This document shows positions 27,374 to 37,202 of a stretch of 64,000 bases of DNA, piece after piece. The stretch is from the NCBI GenBank assembly GCA_036336835.1, contig JAYZFK010000034.1, positions 1 to 64,000 on the forward strand, written 5' to 3'. The position numbers were made by a program, and so were the translations under genes. Within the stretch, counting starts at the first letter, position 1, and each line of letters opens with the position of its first letter. Source of the DNA: Myxococcota bacterium. Lineage in GTDB: Bacteria > Myxococcota_A > UBA9160 > UBA4427. Below the pieces are notes generated by a model, which was not told where the DNA came from, searched no databases, and saw nothing but the letters and a program-made list of their open reading frames with translations.

Positions 27374-28591
27374 ATGGACCTCGAATACGGCCCCGAATAC
27401 GATGCGCTTCGCGACGAGCTCCGCGCCTTTCTCGCCGAGGCGTGGCCCGAAAGCCAGCGCGACCACGCGGCGGCGCACGGCATCGACCCCCAGGCCCAGC
27501 GCGCCTTCATCGCTGCGGCGCTCGAGCGCAAATACCTGTACTGCGCGATCCCGACGAAGTACGGCGGCTCGGAGCAGCCGTTCGATGCGCTGCGCGAATC
27601 GATCATCGCCGAGAGCTTCAACGCGGCGGGCGCTCCGTGGCGGCTCGGGGCGCAGGGCGTGGGGATGATCGTTCCCACCCTGCTCGAGGCCGGGACCGAG
27701 TGGCAGAAGGAGAAGTTCATCCCCTCGACGCTGCGCGGCGAGTTCGTCTGGTGTCAGGGGTACAGCGAGCCCGGCGCGGGCAGCGACCTGGCGTCGCTAC
27801 GCAGCACGGCTCGTCTGGAGAGCGACGAGTGGGTGATCAACGGTCACAAGGTCTGGACCAGCGACGCCGCCGACGCCAACTACATGTTCGGCATGTTCCG
27901 AACCGAGCCAGACGCGCCGAAGCACGGCGGGATCTCGTACTTGTTGATGGAGATGGACCAGCCCGGGATGGACGTTCGGCCACTGCGCCAGATCAACGGA
28001 GCCACGCACTTCTACGAGGTCTTCTTCAGCGACGTGCGGACGCCGGCGGACTGGATCGTCGGTGCTCGCGGGCAGGGCTGGCAGATCGGCCGCATCAACC
28101 TGAAGCACGAACGCAACCTCGGCGGAGGAAGCCTCACCCGCAACCGCTTCGATTCGCTCGTCGACCTGGCTCGCTCGACCCGGATCGACGGCCGGCCCGC
28201 GATCGAACGCGACGACGTGCGCCAGCGGCTGGCGGCGCTCGACGCCAAGGTTCGCTGCTGCGAAACCCTCACCCTCCGACAGCTGTCCAGCGCCGCAAAC
28301 GACGAGCAGGCCGACGACGTGCTCGCGACACTGGTCAACAAGCTCTACAACACCGATCTCGGTGAGGAGATCGTGCAGACCGGCTACGACCTGATCGGCG
28401 ATCGCGGGCTCGAGGCGCCGAAGGACAGCACCTGGACGACGATCTCGGGTGGCGGCCCGGACGCGGACTGGGTCGACCGGTTTCTCTTCCAGCTGGCCGG
28501 CGCCATCGCCGCCGGCAGCTCCAACATCCAGCGCAACGTGATCGGCGAGCGGGGGCTCGGGCTACCGCGCGATTTGCGCTCCCCTCGCTAG
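27374..28591 (+). CDS. acyl-CoA dehydrogenase (catalytic subunit)
   Basis: WCQGYSEPGAGSDLASL, NGHKVWTS, LKHER, GSSNIQRNVIGERGLGLP. Confidence 0.92.
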   Translation: MDLEYGPEYDALRDELRAFLAEAWPESQRDHAAAHGIDPQAQRAFIAAALERKYLYCAIPTKYGGSEQPFDALRESIIAESFNAAGAPWRLGAQGVGMIVPTLLEAGTEWQKEKFIPSTLRGEFVWCQGYSEPGAGSDLASLRSTARLESDEWVINGHKVWTSDAADANYMFGMFRTEPDAPKHGGISYLLMEMDQPGMDVRPLRQINGATHFYEVFFSDVRTPADWIVGARGQGWQIGRINLKHERNLGGGSLTRNRFDSLVDLARSTRIDGRPAIERDDVRQRLAALDAKVRCCETLTLRQLSSAANDEQADDVLATLVNKLYNTDLGEEIVQTGYDLIGDRGLEAPKDSTWTTISGGGPDADWVDRFLFQLAGAIAAGSSNIQRNVIGERGLGLPRDLRSPR

Positions 28592-28594
28592 GCG

Positions 28595-30289
28595 CTATTC
28601 GGCGCCCGGCGAATCCGGCGAATCCGGCGTCGCACGCAGCAGCGCTCCCCAGACGTCGTAGTCGTCGGGCATCGGAACCACCCCGTAGTCGCGCTCGTAC
28701 GCTTCGTACAAGAGCCGCATCTGGGCAAGCCGTTCGGGCTCCGTGGCCGCGAGATCGTTCGTCTCCGACGGATCGCGTCTCAGATCGAACAGCCTCCATT
28801 GGCTGTGATCTGCAGGCGGCCCGACCTTCACGAGCTTGTGATCGCCGAGGAACAGCGCGCTGTTCTTCATCAGCTCGTAGCCGACGGGCTCGCCGGCCGG
28901 GTGGATCCGCTCGGCGGTACCGCGCAGCACCCCGAGCGCGCTGCGTCCGGACGGAGCGTAGAGCTCGTTCCCGGGCCGTCGCGCCGGGTGCTCGACCCCG
29001 ACCGCGTCGAGCAGCGTGGGGACGAGATCCGTCGCGAACGCGAAGGCGTCGCTCCGACGCCCACCCGCAAAGCCGCTCGGATGGCTCAGCAGCAGCGGCA
29101 CGCGCATCCCGCCCTCGTAGGCGGTGCCCTTGAAATCGCGCAGGTGGATCGCCCCGAGCTGCGCCCACTGCGGGCCGTAGCTCGGATACGTGCCACGCGC
29201 GCCGATCGGCGGAACACCGAGCCGCGGATAGCGCTGCTCGTACCACGAGCGCGAACGCGGATCGAGATCCGGCTCGGAGGCATCGGGCCCGTTGTCGGAG
29301 ACGAAGGCCACCAGCGTGTCGCGGTAGCGGCCCGAGGCGTCGAGCGCCTCGAGCACTCGCCCGATCTCGTGGTCCATCTGCGCCAGCATCGCCGCGTACG
29401 CCGCCATTCGCGCGGCCTCGTGCTCGCGCGCCTCGGGCGCCAGCGTCTCCCATGCCACCACCCGGTCGCTGCGCGCGCGGGCGGGGGCACCGGGCGGCAG
29501 GATGCCGAGCTCGATCAGTCGCTGGTGCCGACGCAGCCGCGCAACATCCCACCCCTCGCGATAGCCACCGGCGAAGCGAGCGAGCCAGGCGTCCGGCGCG
29601 TGATGCGGCCAGTGAACGGCCTGGAACGACAACACGGCCAGGAACGGGCGATCTCCACCGGCGGTCCGCTCGAGGAAACCCAGGATCTCGTCGGTGTAGA
29701 GCGTGCTCGAGAAGCGAGCGTCCGGTCTCGGGACGATCTCGCCGCCGCGGGTGAAGTCGGCCCGGGGTTCGATCGGCGCCGGACCGAGCTCGCTCCAGTT
29801 GTCCGCGGAGCCCTGTACCAGGGCCAGGGTGTGCTCGAAACCGCGGTCGCCGGGCAGCCGCCCCGGAACGCGACCGAGGTGCCACTTGCCGGCAAAGGCG
29901 GTCGCATAGCCCGCCGCGCGCAGGATCTCGCCGATCGTCGCGACGCGGTCGTTCAGATACCCCTCGTAGCCCGGCTGACCGCGCTGCGCGTCCGTCAGGA
30001 ACTCGCCCATGCTGCCGAGTCCGGTGCGGTGGTGGTCGACGCCGGTCAGCAGCATCGCACGGCTCGGCGAGCAGGTCGCGGCAGTGTGGAAGTTGCTGAA
30101 CAGCACGCCGTCGCGGGCGAGGCGATCGAGTGCGGGCGTCGGCAGCTCGGCGCCCGTCGCACCGATGTCGCCGAAGCCGAGGTCGTCGGCGATCACTAGC
30201 AGGACGTTCGGGCGCGGCTCGGCGAGCACCGGACCTGCGGCGGTCAGAAGGCCGACCCAGAGCGCGAGAGCGGTGTCCCGGCGCGACAT
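28595..30289 (-). CDS. arylsulfatase (Cys-type formylglycine sulfatase), exported
   Basis: Signal peptide, PNVLLVIADDLG, CSPSRAMLLTG, GKWHLG, SDNG, YEGGMRVP. Confidence 0.93.
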   Translation of the reverse strand: MSRRDTALALWVGLLTAAGPVLAEPRPNVLLVIADDLGFGDIGATGAELPTPALDRLARDGVLFSNFHTAATCSPSRAMLLTGVDHHRTGLGSMGEFLTDAQRGQPGYEGYLNDRVATIGEILRAAGYATAFAGKWHLGRVPGRLPGDRGFEHTLALVQGSADNWSELGPAPIEPRADFTRGGEIVPRPDARFSSTLYTDEILGFLERTAGGDRPFLAVLSFQAVHWPHHAPDAWLARFAGGYREGWDVARLRRHQRLIELGILPPGAPARARSDRVVAWETLAPEAREHEAARMAAYAAMLAQMDHEIGRVLEALDASGRYRDTLVAFVSDNGPDASEPDLDPRSRSWYEQRYPRLGVPPIGARGTYPSYGPQWAQLGAIHLRDFKGTAYEGGMRVPLLLSHPSGFAGGRRSDAFAFATDLVPTLLDAVGVEHPARRPGNELYAPSGRSALGVLRGTAERIHPAGEPVGYELMKNSALFLGDHKLVKVGPPADHSQWRLFDLRRDPSETNDLAATEPERLAQMRLLYEAYERDYGVVPMPDDYDVWGALLRATPDSPDSPGAE

Positions 30290-30411
30290 GGCGGGCAGCA
30301 TACCCGCTGACGGTCCCGCGCGGCCCCCTGCGTCGCGCGCCTCGGTGTGGGCGGCGCCCCCGAGTGACGTAGCATGGGCTGCCCCCGGATCGATCCGCGA
30401 GGTCCAGCCCC

Positions 30412-32970
30412 GTGTCCGAGAACAGCGACCGCAGCTTCATCACGCGGCTGAACGAGCGCTTCGCTGCGATCGCCGGCTGGTCGTACGACTACCGCTGGAT
30501 CGTGGTCGTACTCGCGCTGGGCATCCTCTGGGGGTCGCTGAAGCTCGCCGGACAGGCGCCGATCGACAACAGCTACGAGTCCTACTTCGACACCGAAGAT
30601 CCGGCCTACCTCGCCTACGAGCAGTACCGCGACGACTTCGGATCGGACGAGGTCTCGTACATCCTGTACGACGCACCCGGCTTCGAGCACGGTGCCTGGA
30701 ATCTCGAGGTGATGCGCAGGATCGAATCGCTCACCTCGGCGCTCGAGGACGAGGTGCCCTTCATCTACTCGGTGAAGTCGCTCGTCAACGTCGAGCTGAT
30801 CGAGGGCGTTCCGGACGGAATCGAGATCGCGGACCTGGCCGACGAGTTCCCCGAGACGCAAGCGGATCTGCTCGCGGTGCGCGAGCGGGTGCTGGGCAAG
30901 CCGCAGATCGTCGGCGGCCTGGCGAGCGCCGACGGCACCCACGGTGCGCTGACGATCAAGATGGATCGCTCGAGTACCGACCCGCCGGAGGAGATCCAGC
31001 TCGACCCCGAGAAGGGCAACGACCTCGAGAACCTGTATCCCCAGGCCACCGATGCGAAGATCGAAGAGGTCCTGGCGCGACCGGAGTACCAGGGGATCCG
31101 CTTCTTTCACGCTGGCGACGTCCCGCTGAACTCCGTCTACAACCGCCTGATCTTCATCGAGGGGGCGTACCTCGACCAACTCACCACGCTGGTGATCGGG
31201 CTAGTGCTGCTGCTCGCATTTCGCTCGATCACGGGTGCCCTCGCGCCGATCGCGGTGGTGCAGCTGTGCGTGCTGATGTGCATGGGCTTCATCGGGCTGG
31301 TCGGCTGGAAGCTCGACATGAGCTTCGGAAGCATGCCGACGCTGCTGACGGCAATCGGCGTCGCTCACTCCGTTCACATCCTGTCCGAGTTCCGCGGCCG
31401 CTACGCCGAGCTCGGAAACCGGCGCGAAGCGCTCGTGAAGACCGTGTATCTGGTCGGCGTGCCGTGCCTGATGACGAGCCTGACGACGGCTGTCGGCTTC
31501 GCATCGCTCAGCGTCGCGCCGATCAAGAGCATCTCACACCAGGGTGTCTATGCAGCGTTCGGCGTCATGGCTGCCTTCTTCATGTCGTTCACGCTGTTGA
31601 TGGCGCTGCTCTCGATGGGTCGCCGCGAGATGGCGGGCATCAGCGGCGTGCTCGCGTTCGGCGTCGCCTATCAGCTCCTCGCGGTACACGGCACGACGAC
31701 CTCGGTCGTGGGCGGAGCGGCGATCGGGGCCGCCATCGCGGGGCTGACCCTCTTCTTTTTCGAACGCGGCGGACGCACCACGATCGGCAAGGGCGGCCAG
31801 GTCACCCAGCGCGCGTTACTCGCGATCGCCGACTTCGACCTGCGCCACCGCAAGGCGATCCTCGCGTCGTTCGCGGCCCTCTTCGTGCTGTGCGGGGTCG
31901 GGATGAGCCGGATCGTCGTCGATTCGAACTGGCTCGACGACTTCTCGTCCGATATCCCGCTCAAGGCGATCACCGAGCGCGTCGATCGCGTGATGGGAGG
32001 CAGCACCAACGTCATCTACCTGTTCGACTCGGGCGAGCCCGACGGCATCAAGGATCCCGCTGTACTGCGCGAAATGGAGCGCATCCACGAAATCGCCGCC
32101 AAGCACGAGCCGTTCGTGCGCAAGACCTACTCGCTCGTCGACATCCTGAAGGACCTGAACCAGGCCTTCCACGGCGGCGACCCGGCCTACTACGAGCTGC
32201 CGGACTCGCGGGCGCTGGTCGCCCAGTATCTGCTGCTCTACGAGATGTCGGGTGGCGAGGACGCGGAGGAGTTCGTCTCCTCCGACTACCAGCGGGCCAG
32301 CGTCGAGCTGCGACTCGCGCTGGAGCCGACCAGCAAGACAGCCGACCTGGTGCACGCAATCGACGAAGAACTCGCCGCCAATCCTCTCGAGACGTCCGCG
32401 GTCAGCCTGACGGGCATCGGCGCACTCTGGATCATCCTGCTCGACTACATCGTATCGAGCCAGATCCAGGGCTTCCTGCTGGCTTTCGTGGTGATCGCGG
32501 TGATGATGGTCGCGATCTTCCGCTCGCTCGGAACCGGACTGATCTCGATGATCCCGAACATCGCGCCTTCGGCCCTGGCGCTCGGCGTGATGGGCTGGGC
32601 CGGCGTGTGGCTCGACTACAGCAAGATCTCGATCGCGGCCGTAGCGATCGGCATCGCTGTCGACGATACGATCCACCTGGTGTCGCGTTGCCGCTACGAG
32701 TTCTCGCTGTGCGGCGACTACGCCGAGGCCGTGCGCCGGGCAATGCAGGACGTCGGCCGCGCGCTGTTGATCACCTCGGTCGTGCTCGTCGCGGGCTTCC
32801 TGGTCTTGACGGCGTCGGCGCTCGACAGCCAGGCCACCTACGGCATCCTCCTGGCCACGACGATCGTGACGGCGCTGAGCGCCGACTTCCTGTTGATGCC
32901 GGCCCTGCTGCTGACATTCCAGCCGTTCGGCCCCGAGAAGAGCCAGCACGAGCTGCGTGAGAACGAATGA
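30412..32970 (+). CDS. MMPL/RND-family lipid transporter
   Basis: Two repeated halves, each a soluble domain plus TM bundle; AIGIAVDDTIH motif in the second half. Confidence 0.9.
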   Translation: MSENSDRSFITRLNERFAAIAGWSYDYRWIVVVLALGILWGSLKLAGQAPIDNSYESYFDTEDPAYLAYEQYRDDFGSDEVSYILYDAPGFEHGAWNLEVMRRIESLTSALEDEVPFIYSVKSLVNVELIEGVPDGIEIADLADEFPETQADLLAVRERVLGKPQIVGGLASADGTHGALTIKMDRSSTDPPEEIQLDPEKGNDLENLYPQATDAKIEEVLARPEYQGIRFFHAGDVPLNSVYNRLIFIEGAYLDQLTTLVIGLVLLLAFRSITGALAPIAVVQLCVLMCMGFIGLVGWKLDMSFGSMPTLLTAIGVAHSVHILSEFRGRYAELGNRREALVKTVYLVGVPCLMTSLTTAVGFASLSVAPIKSISHQGVYAAFGVMAAFFMSFTLLMALLSMGRREMAGISGVLAFGVAYQLLAVHGTTTSVVGGAAIGAAIAGLTLFFFERGGRTTIGKGGQVTQRALLAIADFDLRHRKAILASFAALFVLCGVGMSRIVVDSNWLDDFSSDIPLKAITERVDRVMGGSTNVIYLFDSGEPDGIKDPAVLREMERIHEIAAKHEPFVRKTYSLVDILKDLNQAFHGGDPAYYELPDSRALVAQYLLLYEMSGGEDAEEFVSSDYQRASVELRLALEPTSKTADLVHAIDEELAANPLETSAVSLTGIGALWIILLDYIVSSQIQGFLLAFVVIAVMMVAIFRSLGTGLISMIPNIAPSALALGVMGWAGVWLDYSKISIAAVAIGIAVDDTIHLVSRCRYEFSLCGDYAEAVRRAMQDVGRALLITSVVLVAGFLVLTASALDSQATYGILLATTIVTALSADFLLMPALLLTFQPFGPEKSQHELRENE

Positions 32971-33776
32971 GGATGCAGAAGATGCGAATACTCGGCTCCC
33001 TGGCTGTCGTCCTCGTGCTGCTTGCGGGCCCGCTGCCGGCCGAAGAGCTCACCGCCCGCGAGATCATGCAGCGCGTCGATGCGCGCGACGATGGCGACTA
33101 CTCGACCCAGGACATGGAGATGATCCTGATCGACAAGCGCGGCAACCAGCGCGTGCGCAAGCTGCGTTCGTTCGGGCGCGATGTGGGCGAGGACGAGCAG
33201 AGCATCATCTTCTTCGTGACTCCGGCGGACGTCGAGGACACGGGCTTCCTGACCTACGACTACGACGATCCCGAACGCGACGACGACCAGTGGCTGTACC
33301 TGCCCGCGCTATCGCGCACCAAGCGCATCGCATCCTCGGACAAGAGCGGCAGCTTCATGGGCTCTGATTTCAGCTACGCCGACATGAGCGATCGCCCGCT
33401 CGATCACTACGAGTACGAGCTGATGGGCGAGGACGAGATCGACGGCCAGGCGGTGTGGCAGATTCAATCGATCCCGATCACGGACCGCGAGAAGCGTGAG
33501 ACGGGCTACACCAAGCAGATCTCGTTCGTGCGTCAGGACAACTACGTCGTGGTGCGCAGTGTCTCCTGGGTCAAGAAGGGCAAACGGCTCAAGTACTTCG
33601 ATGTCGACTCGCTCGAGCAGATCGACGGGATCTGGGTCGCGACCCAGATGCACATGACGACGCGCAAGGGCAAGCAGACGCTCCACAAGACCGTCCTGTA
33701 TGCAAGGAACGTGAAGTTCGGCCAGGACCTGCCGGACGACCTGTTCAGCGTGCGCCAGCTCGAGAAGGGGCCGTAG
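32967..33776 (+). CDS. outer membrane lipoprotein-sorting protein (LolA-like)
   Basis: Signal peptide; PADV..TGFL, DDQWLYLPAL..KRI, SFMGSDFSYADM. Confidence 0.88.
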   Translation: MRMQKMRILGSLAVVLVLLAGPLPAEELTAREIMQRVDARDDGDYSTQDMEMILIDKRGNQRVRKLRSFGRDVGEDEQSIIFFVTPADVEDTGFLTYDYDDPERDDDQWLYLPALSRTKRIASSDKSGSFMGSDFSYADMSDRPLDHYEYELMGEDEIDGQAVWQIQSIPITDREKRETGYTKQISFVRQDNYVVVRSVSWVKKGKRLKYFDVDSLEQIDGIWVATQMHMTTRKGKQTLHKTVLYARNVKFGQDLPDDLFSVRQLEKGP

Positions 33777-33783
33777 CGGGGCC

Positions 33784-35181
33784 GTGCAATCCCTCTGCCT
33801 GCGGCGATCGGGTCGCATCGGGCTCGCAGCCATCGTCGGTGCTGCGCTCGCGGCCACCGCGACGGCCCAGGACGACCTCGACGACATCCTCGGCGGCTTC
33901 GAGGACGAAGACCCCGGCTTCGAGGTCCAGGCTCCTACGGACGGCGACACGACCGAGCCGCCAACCTGGTGGGATCTCTCCGGCAGCTTCGAGCTGAGCG
34001 GCAGTGTCAACTACCTGCGCCACGACTCCGCCACGGGAACGAACTACGTCGGACTCCAGCGTCTGCGCAGTCGCCTCAACCTCCAGCTCGATCTCGACCT
34101 CGCAGAGGACTGGCAGGCCCGGATCGAGAGCTGGGGCTTCTACGACTCGGCCTACGCGATCAATGGCCGACGCCACTACACCGGGGCGGTGCTCAGCGAC
34201 TACGAGCTCGACGCCGAGATCGGCGAGGCGTGGATCCACGGCAAGCTGCACGACGCGCTCGACGTCAAGCTGGGGCGCCAGATCGTGATCTGGGGGCGCT
34301 CGGAATCCCTGCGGGTGCTCGACGTATTGAATCCGCTGGACAACCGCGAGCCGGGCCGTGTCGACATCGAGGACATCCGCCGCCCACTCGGCATGCTCCG
34401 CGTCGACGCCTATCGATGGCTCTGGGACGGCGAGTGGAACCTCTCCGCGATCGCGATCCCCGAGATCCGCTTCTCCCGCAACCCCGTCGTCGGCAGCGAC
34501 TTCTCCCCGCTGTTGATGAGCTTGCCCAAGGACGAGCCGAAGGATTTCAAGGACACCGAGGCCGCGGCGGCGCTCACCGCGATCTTCAGCGGCTGGGACT
34601 TCTCGCTGCACGGCGCCTGGTTCTGGAACGACACACCGCGTTTCCACTTCGATCCCACCAAGCCCGATCCCAGCCGCCTGGTCTACGATCGCCTGTGGAT
34701 GGTAGGTGCTGGCGGCAACTACACGAAGGGAAGCTGGCTGTTCAAGGGTGAGATCGCCTACCTCGACGGATTCGGCTTCGACGGCAGCGACGACAAGGCG
34801 CGCGTGGACGTGCTGATCGGCTTCGAGTACTACGGGCTCACCAATGTCACGATCTCGGTCGAGGGCACGAACCGCCACCTGTTCGACTACGAGGACGCGC
34901 TCCTTGGCTCTCCCTACTTCGTGCGCCAGGACTCGCAGGAAATCGCGCTGCGCTACACGCAGAGCTTCTTCAACGAGAAGCTCGCGGTGACGGGCCTCGT
35001 TGTGCTGGTCGGCTGGAACGGGGGCGATGGATCGATCGTGCGCCTGTCCGCCGACTACGAACTGCGCGACGCGCTCGGGATCGGCGCCGGAATCGTGCTG
35101 TACCAGAAGGGCGACCTGCCGCCGCTCAATTCCTGGGGCCGAAATGATCGACTGATCTTCAATCTGAAGTGGAGCTTCTGA
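33784..35181 (+). CDS. outer membrane beta-barrel protein (DUF1302-like)
   Basis: Signal peptide, KLGRQIVIWG, DVLNPLD, alternating amphipathic strands, C-terminal LKWSF. Confidence 0.8.
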   Translation: MQSLCLRRSGRIGLAAIVGAALAATATAQDDLDDILGGFEDEDPGFEVQAPTDGDTTEPPTWWDLSGSFELSGSVNYLRHDSATGTNYVGLQRLRSRLNLQLDLDLAEDWQARIESWGFYDSAYAINGRRHYTGAVLSDYELDAEIGEAWIHGKLHDALDVKLGRQIVIWGRSESLRVLDVLNPLDNREPGRVDIEDIRRPLGMLRVDAYRWLWDGEWNLSAIAIPEIRFSRNPVVGSDFSPLLMSLPKDEPKDFKDTEAAAALTAIFSGWDFSLHGAWFWNDTPRFHFDPTKPDPSRLVYDRLWMVGAGGNYTKGSWLFKGEIAYLDGFGFDGSDDKARVDVLIGFEYYGLTNVTISVEGTNRHLFDYEDALLGSPYFVRQDSQEIALRYTQSFFNEKLAVTGLVVLVGWNGGDGSIVRLSADYELRDALGIGAGIVLYQKGDLPPLNSWGRNDRLIFNLKWSF

Positions 35182-35184
35182 GGA

Positions 35185-35937
35185 ATGCGCCGCGTACTCG
35201 TGTTCCAACACGTCGCCGTCGAGCCGCTCGGCACCCTGCTGCCATTGCTGCGCAGCTACGGCCTGCGCATCCGGTACGTGAACTTCGAGCGCGACCCGGA
35301 GGCGCGACCCTCGGTGCAGGGTTACGACGGGCTGATCGTTCTCGGCGGCCCGATGTCGGCCTGGGACGATGCGAGCCATCCCCACCTGGGCCGCGAGGTG
35401 GCTGCGATCGAAGCGGCGCTCGAAGGCGGGACGCCGGTGCTCGGCATCTGCCTCGGCGCCCAGCTGCTGGCGCGCGGCCTCGGGGCCGAGGTCCGGCGGG
35501 CGGAGCAGCCAGAGATTGGCTGGCATGAGGTCTGCCCCACAGAGGCCGGTCGTGGAGACCCTGTGCTCGGTGGCTTCTCCGAGTGTGAATCCGTCTTCCA
35601 GTGGCACCGCGACACGTTCGAGTTGCCGAACGGCGCCGTCCACCTGGCGCGCGGGAACCGCGACGGCTGCGCGCAACAGGCATTCCGCTACGGCGAGAGC
35701 GCCTACGGCCTGCAGTTCCACCTCGAAGCCAATGCCGCTCTGATCGACCGCTGGCTGGACACGCCCGCGCACCAGACCGAACTCGAATCGCTAGGCAACG
35801 CGCGCGCTGGGCAAACGATCGAGCGGGAAACCCGCGAGCGAATCGCGCGCTCTCTGCAGCTGTCGGACGAGACATTCGGCCGATTCTTCGACCGCTGGAC
35901 CGAGCGTCCGCGGCGAGTTCCCTACCCTCATCGCTGA
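35185..35937 (+). CDS. type 1 glutamine amidotransferase (GMP synthase-like)
   Basis: LGGPMS, LGICLGAQ, FQWH.DTF, LQFHLE catalytic triad motifs. Confidence 0.92.
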   Translation: MRRVLVFQHVAVEPLGTLLPLLRSYGLRIRYVNFERDPEARPSVQGYDGLIVLGGPMSAWDDASHPHLGREVAAIEAALEGGTPVLGICLGAQLLARGLGAEVRRAEQPEIGWHEVCPTEAGRGDPVLGGFSECESVFQWHRDTFELPNGAVHLARGNRDGCAQQAFRYGESAYGLQFHLEANAALIDRWLDTPAHQTELESLGNARAGQTIERETRERIARSLQLSDETFGRFFDRWTERPRRVPYPHR

Positions 35938-36000
35938 GCAACCGTGCGATGATCGCGCGGGTCCCGATGATCCCGAGGACGCCACTGCGAGGTGCCCCGA

Positions 36001-36135
36001 ATGGCGAAGGTCGTGAAGGCCGGAATGGTGATCCATCCAGTCGAGGATCTCTCCTCGGCCCTCGAGTTCTATCAGGGCGCGATGGGACTCGAGCTGCAAT
36101 TTCGGGATGGCGACCGCTTCGCGGCGCTCGCGTGA
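36001..36135 (+). pseudogene. truncated VOC/glyoxalase gene remnant (44 aa)
   Basis: GAGG RBS, then MAKVVKAGMVIHPVEDLSSALEFYQGAMGLELQFRDGDRFAALA*. This is the first beta-alpha-beta of a VOC domain; the expected next strand (VTLA) follows in a shifted frame. Confidence 0.6.
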
Positions 36136-36180
36136 CGCTGGCTACCCTCCCCGCCCCTCGCAGAGAACTGGAGCCCCCAG

Positions 36181-37164
36181 ATGCAGACCAGGACCCTCGG
36201 AAGCCTCGAAGTCTCTGCGATCGGACTCGGCTGCATGAGCATGTCGCAGGCATACGGAAAGCCCGATCTGGCCGAGTCCGAGCGCACCCTGCATGGCGCG
36301 CTCGACGCTGGCTACAGGCTGCTGGACACCGCGTGCATCTACGGTCTCGGCCACAACGAGAAGCTGATCGGCCGCGTCCTGAAGCAGCGCCGCGACGAAT
36401 TCGTCCTCGCGAGCAAATGCGGAATCGTCGTCGATGAGCAGGGACGCCGCGGCGTCGACTGCCGGCCCGAGGCGGTAACGCGGACCTGCGAGGAAAGCCT
36501 CGAGCGCCTGCAGACCGACGTGATCGATCTCTACTACCTGCACCGACGCGACCCGAAGGTCCCGATCGAGGAGAGCGTCGGTGCCCTCGCCGACCTCGAG
36601 AAGGCGGGAAAGATCCGCCACATCGGGCTCTCCGAGGTCTCCTCGAGCACCCTGCGTCGCGCTCATGCCGTCCACCCGGTCGCGGCCGTGCAGTCCGAGT
36701 ACTCGCTCTGGACGCGCGATCCCGAGAACAAGCTGCTCGCTACGTGCACAGAGCTCGGCGTCGGCTTCGTGCCATTCAGCCCGCTCGGCCGGGCGTTCCT
36801 GGCGGGCGGGGTCGAAGATCCCGAAGCGCTGGAAGACACTGACATGCGGCGCCGCATGCCTCGCTTCCAGCCCGAGAATTTCGCGAGGAACCTCGCCCTG
36901 CTCAAGGAGCTCGAGGTCCTGGCCGCAGACAATCAGTGCACGCTCGCCCAGCTCGCGCTGGCGTGGGTGCTCGGACAGGGCGACACGCTCGTGCCGATCC
37001 CGGGCACGAAACACCTCCGCTTCGTCCAGGAGAACGCGCTGGCCGCGGATCTGAAGGTCTCGGCGGACGATCTGGCGCGCGCCGGAGAGATCGTGAACAC
37101 CAGCACCGTGGCGGGCGACCGCTATGCGAAGGCACAGATGATCTCGCTCGACCCCGAGGAGTAG
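36181..37164 (+). CDS. aldo/keto reductase
   Basis: IGLGCMSM, LDTACIYG, IDLYYLHR, IGLSE, QSEYSLW, PIPGT. Confidence 0.93.
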   Translation: MQTRTLGSLEVSAIGLGCMSMSQAYGKPDLAESERTLHGALDAGYRLLDTACIYGLGHNEKLIGRVLKQRRDEFVLASKCGIVVDEQGRRGVDCRPEAVTRTCEESLERLQTDVIDLYYLHRRDPKVPIEESVGALADLEKAGKIRHIGLSEVSSSTLRRAHAVHPVAAVQSEYSLWTRDPENKLLATCTELGVGFVPFSPLGRAFLAGGVEDPEALEDTDMRRRMPRFQPENFARNLALLKELEVLAADNQCTLAQLALAWVLGQGDTLVPIPGTKHLRFVQENALAADLKVSADDLARAGEIVNTSTVAGDRYAKAQMISLDPEE

Positions 37165-37202
37165 GCAGCCAGCGGACGCTCGCGGGCTACGAGAGGGAAG
37201 AC

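Noticed and set aside
36001..37164. TGA read-through (selenocysteine) fusing the VOC fragment in frame to the aldo/keto reductase
   Set aside because: The two ORFs are in frame, but the TGA is not at a Cys-equivalent position and I see no convincing SECIS hairpin. The AKR has its own GGAG RBS, and a frameshifted remnant explains the sequence better.
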